From: Coleofasciculus sp. B1-GNL1-01
Lineage (GTDB): Bacteria > Cyanobacteriota > Cyanobacteriia > Cyanobacteriales > Coleofasciculaceae
Strand: one strand, 5' to 3'
Assembly: GCA_040220235.1 (NCBI GenBank)
Contig: JAVJTO010000017.1
Length of the DNA stretch: 64,000 nt
Both the position numbers and the translations under genes were made by a program. The stretch's first letter is position 1. Every line of letters begins with the position of its first letter. The notes below the pieces were generated by a model, which saw only the letters and a program-made list of their open reading frames with translations, was not told the DNA's origin and ran no database searches. Below, one piece after another: positions 62,583-64,000 of this stretch.

Positions 62583-62948
62583 TTATGACCTGAGTAGCTG
62601 TTTGACTGTGCCAATCAACTCGGTGGGCTGAAAGGGCTTAGCGATGTAAGCATCTGCCCCTTGCTTCATTCCCCAATATCGATCAAATTCTTCGCCTTTT
62701 GAAGAACACATGACCACGGGTACATTTTGGGTTTTGGGATCAGCCTTTAAACGACGACAGACCTCGTACCCATTCATACGAGGCATAACAATATCCAATA
62801 CCACTACATCAGGACGAGACTGCAGAATATGTTCTAAGGCTTCCACTCCATCGCTTGCCACAGAGACCGTCAACCCACTGCCTTTGAGGAGGTCTGAGAT
62901 CATCTGTCGCTGTGCCAAACTGTCTTCTACAACCAAAACTGTACTCAT
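62583..62948 (-). CDS. CheY-like response regulator (PilH-type)
   Basis: VLVVED, LDIVMPRMNGYEVC, YI.KPF. Confidence 0.92.
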   Translation of the reverse strand: MSTVLVVEDSLAQRQMISDLLKGSGLTVSVASDGVEALEHILQSRPDVVVLDIVMPRMNGYEVCRRLKADPKTQNVPVVMCSSKGEEFDRYWGMKQGADAYIAKPFQPTELIGTVKQLLRS

Positions 62949-63202
62949 AACCCCCTACCTGACTTGCCAATAAGCGCACGAATTTTGAACGTGAACTGAG
63001 CTGTATCGTTGAGCTATACCTTTAAACATAGATAGAGTAATGATTAATGTATCCTTTATGGTAGCTTCATCCTGAACTGATCCCTTTCTCTATTGTGACA
63101 GGCTTAACTGCGAAATAGAGCAGGGCGTATCGCTGTATGAGTCTATGAGGTGATTGTAGCGGAAGAATTACCTTCCTGGGTGTTACATGATGATCGCTGT
63201 GG

Positions 63203-64000
63203 TTAAGCCGATGCTGATTTAGTAATATCGGTTGCCTTGACTTCCTCCTCTAGGACTTGGCGGGAACTATCGAAACTCATTTTTTCCGGATCTCCCGGAC
63301 CTACGTATTTCTCCAATAACATTAACAGCTCACTGGCTCCAAACGGTTTAGTCAAATAGTCCGTTGAGCCTACCATGCGAGCTCTCACACGGTCAATAAA
63401 GCCATCTTTGCCCGTCAGCATAATGATTGGAGTTTGTCGAAATGTCGTCGATTGTCGCAACATGCCACACAGTTCATATCCATCGAGTTGGGGCATGACT
63501 AAATCACAGAGAATTAGAGCCGGTTTAATTTGGAAGAGTAAGCTGAGAGCTTTGAGGGGATTTTGAATTGCCGTTACTTCATATCCTTGGGCTTGCAGCA
63601 TATACTCGACGGTTTTGCCAACTGCCTTGTCATCATCAATACAGACTACAGAGGGTGCATGATCTGCCCGGGTGGATTCCCAAGGTTGTCGAACAGCGAG
63701 GGTTTGTTGAGGTACTGACGTCAGCAATTGAATCCAACCCCGCTGGATATAGGGGTAAATGGCTCGGGTGACAGTCAGGATGTCACGATTGAGATAGCGA
63801 GCCATCTGTCGCAGAGAATTCTTGCCATTTGCCCACCGTTGGAGGGTTCTAAATGCATTCTCCGGTAATGCTGACTTTAATTTAGTTTCATCCGTAATCA
63901 GTGGGCATTGATTGGGGGATTGGATATGGGGATGAAACTGCTTCCACTCCTGGACTTGCTTCATAATCTTGGTCACTAGGGGGGCAATTTCTAAGGTGGT
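63203..64000 (-). CDS. PatA/PilG-type response regulator (5' end outside window)
   Basis: C-terminal REC (CIDDD, CDLVMPQLDGY, LTKPF); frame open to the window edge. Confidence 0.88.
   Translation of the reverse strand, partial: TTLEIAPLVTKIMKQVQEWKQFHPHIQSPNQCPLITDETKLKSALPENAFRTLQRWANGKNSLRQMARYLNRDILTVTRAIYPYIQRGWIQLLTSVPQQTLAVRQPWESTRADHAPSVVCIDDDKAVGKTVEYMLQAQGYEVTAIQNPLKALSLLFQIKPALILCDLVMPQLDGYELCGMLRQSTTFRQTPIIMLTGKDGFIDRVRARMVGSTDYLTKPFGASELLMLLEKYVGPGDPEKMSFDSSRQVLEEEVKATDITKSASA

Overview
Chromosomal window from a filamentous cyanobacterium. This is inferred from dense HIP1 GCGATCGC sites, 7-bp STRR arrays and cyanobacterial gene content; the species cannot be fixed from sequence alone. 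The backbone is housekeeping: TPP riboswitch-thiC, adenylate cyclase, hrcA, trpF, GH57, nfu, dusA, murF, cysS, CobW GTPase, plsY, mlaE and the pilG/H/I/J-type taxis cluster. Accessory content: (1) a sugar/membrane-modification cluster at 4-12 kb; (2) an adaptation-less type I-C CRISPR-Cas locus at 13.0-18.7 kb. In it cas3 is divergent from cas5-cas8c-cas7, cas7 has lost both ends, and a convergent leader plus two-repeat mini-array is fused directly into the cas7 coding sequence. (3) A caspase-like C14 gene next to a TPR-CHAT gene at 28-34 kb. (4) A promoter-preceded, multi-hairpin ~325-nt element ending like an IS200/IS605 right end, a candidate orphan omegaRNA, at 34.4-34.7 kb. (5) Many small palindromic elements, including GTAG-type REP-like units whose conserved arms enclose mostly unrelated loops of near-constant 35-39 nt length. 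All family assignments come from motif recognition by eye; no database searches were run.
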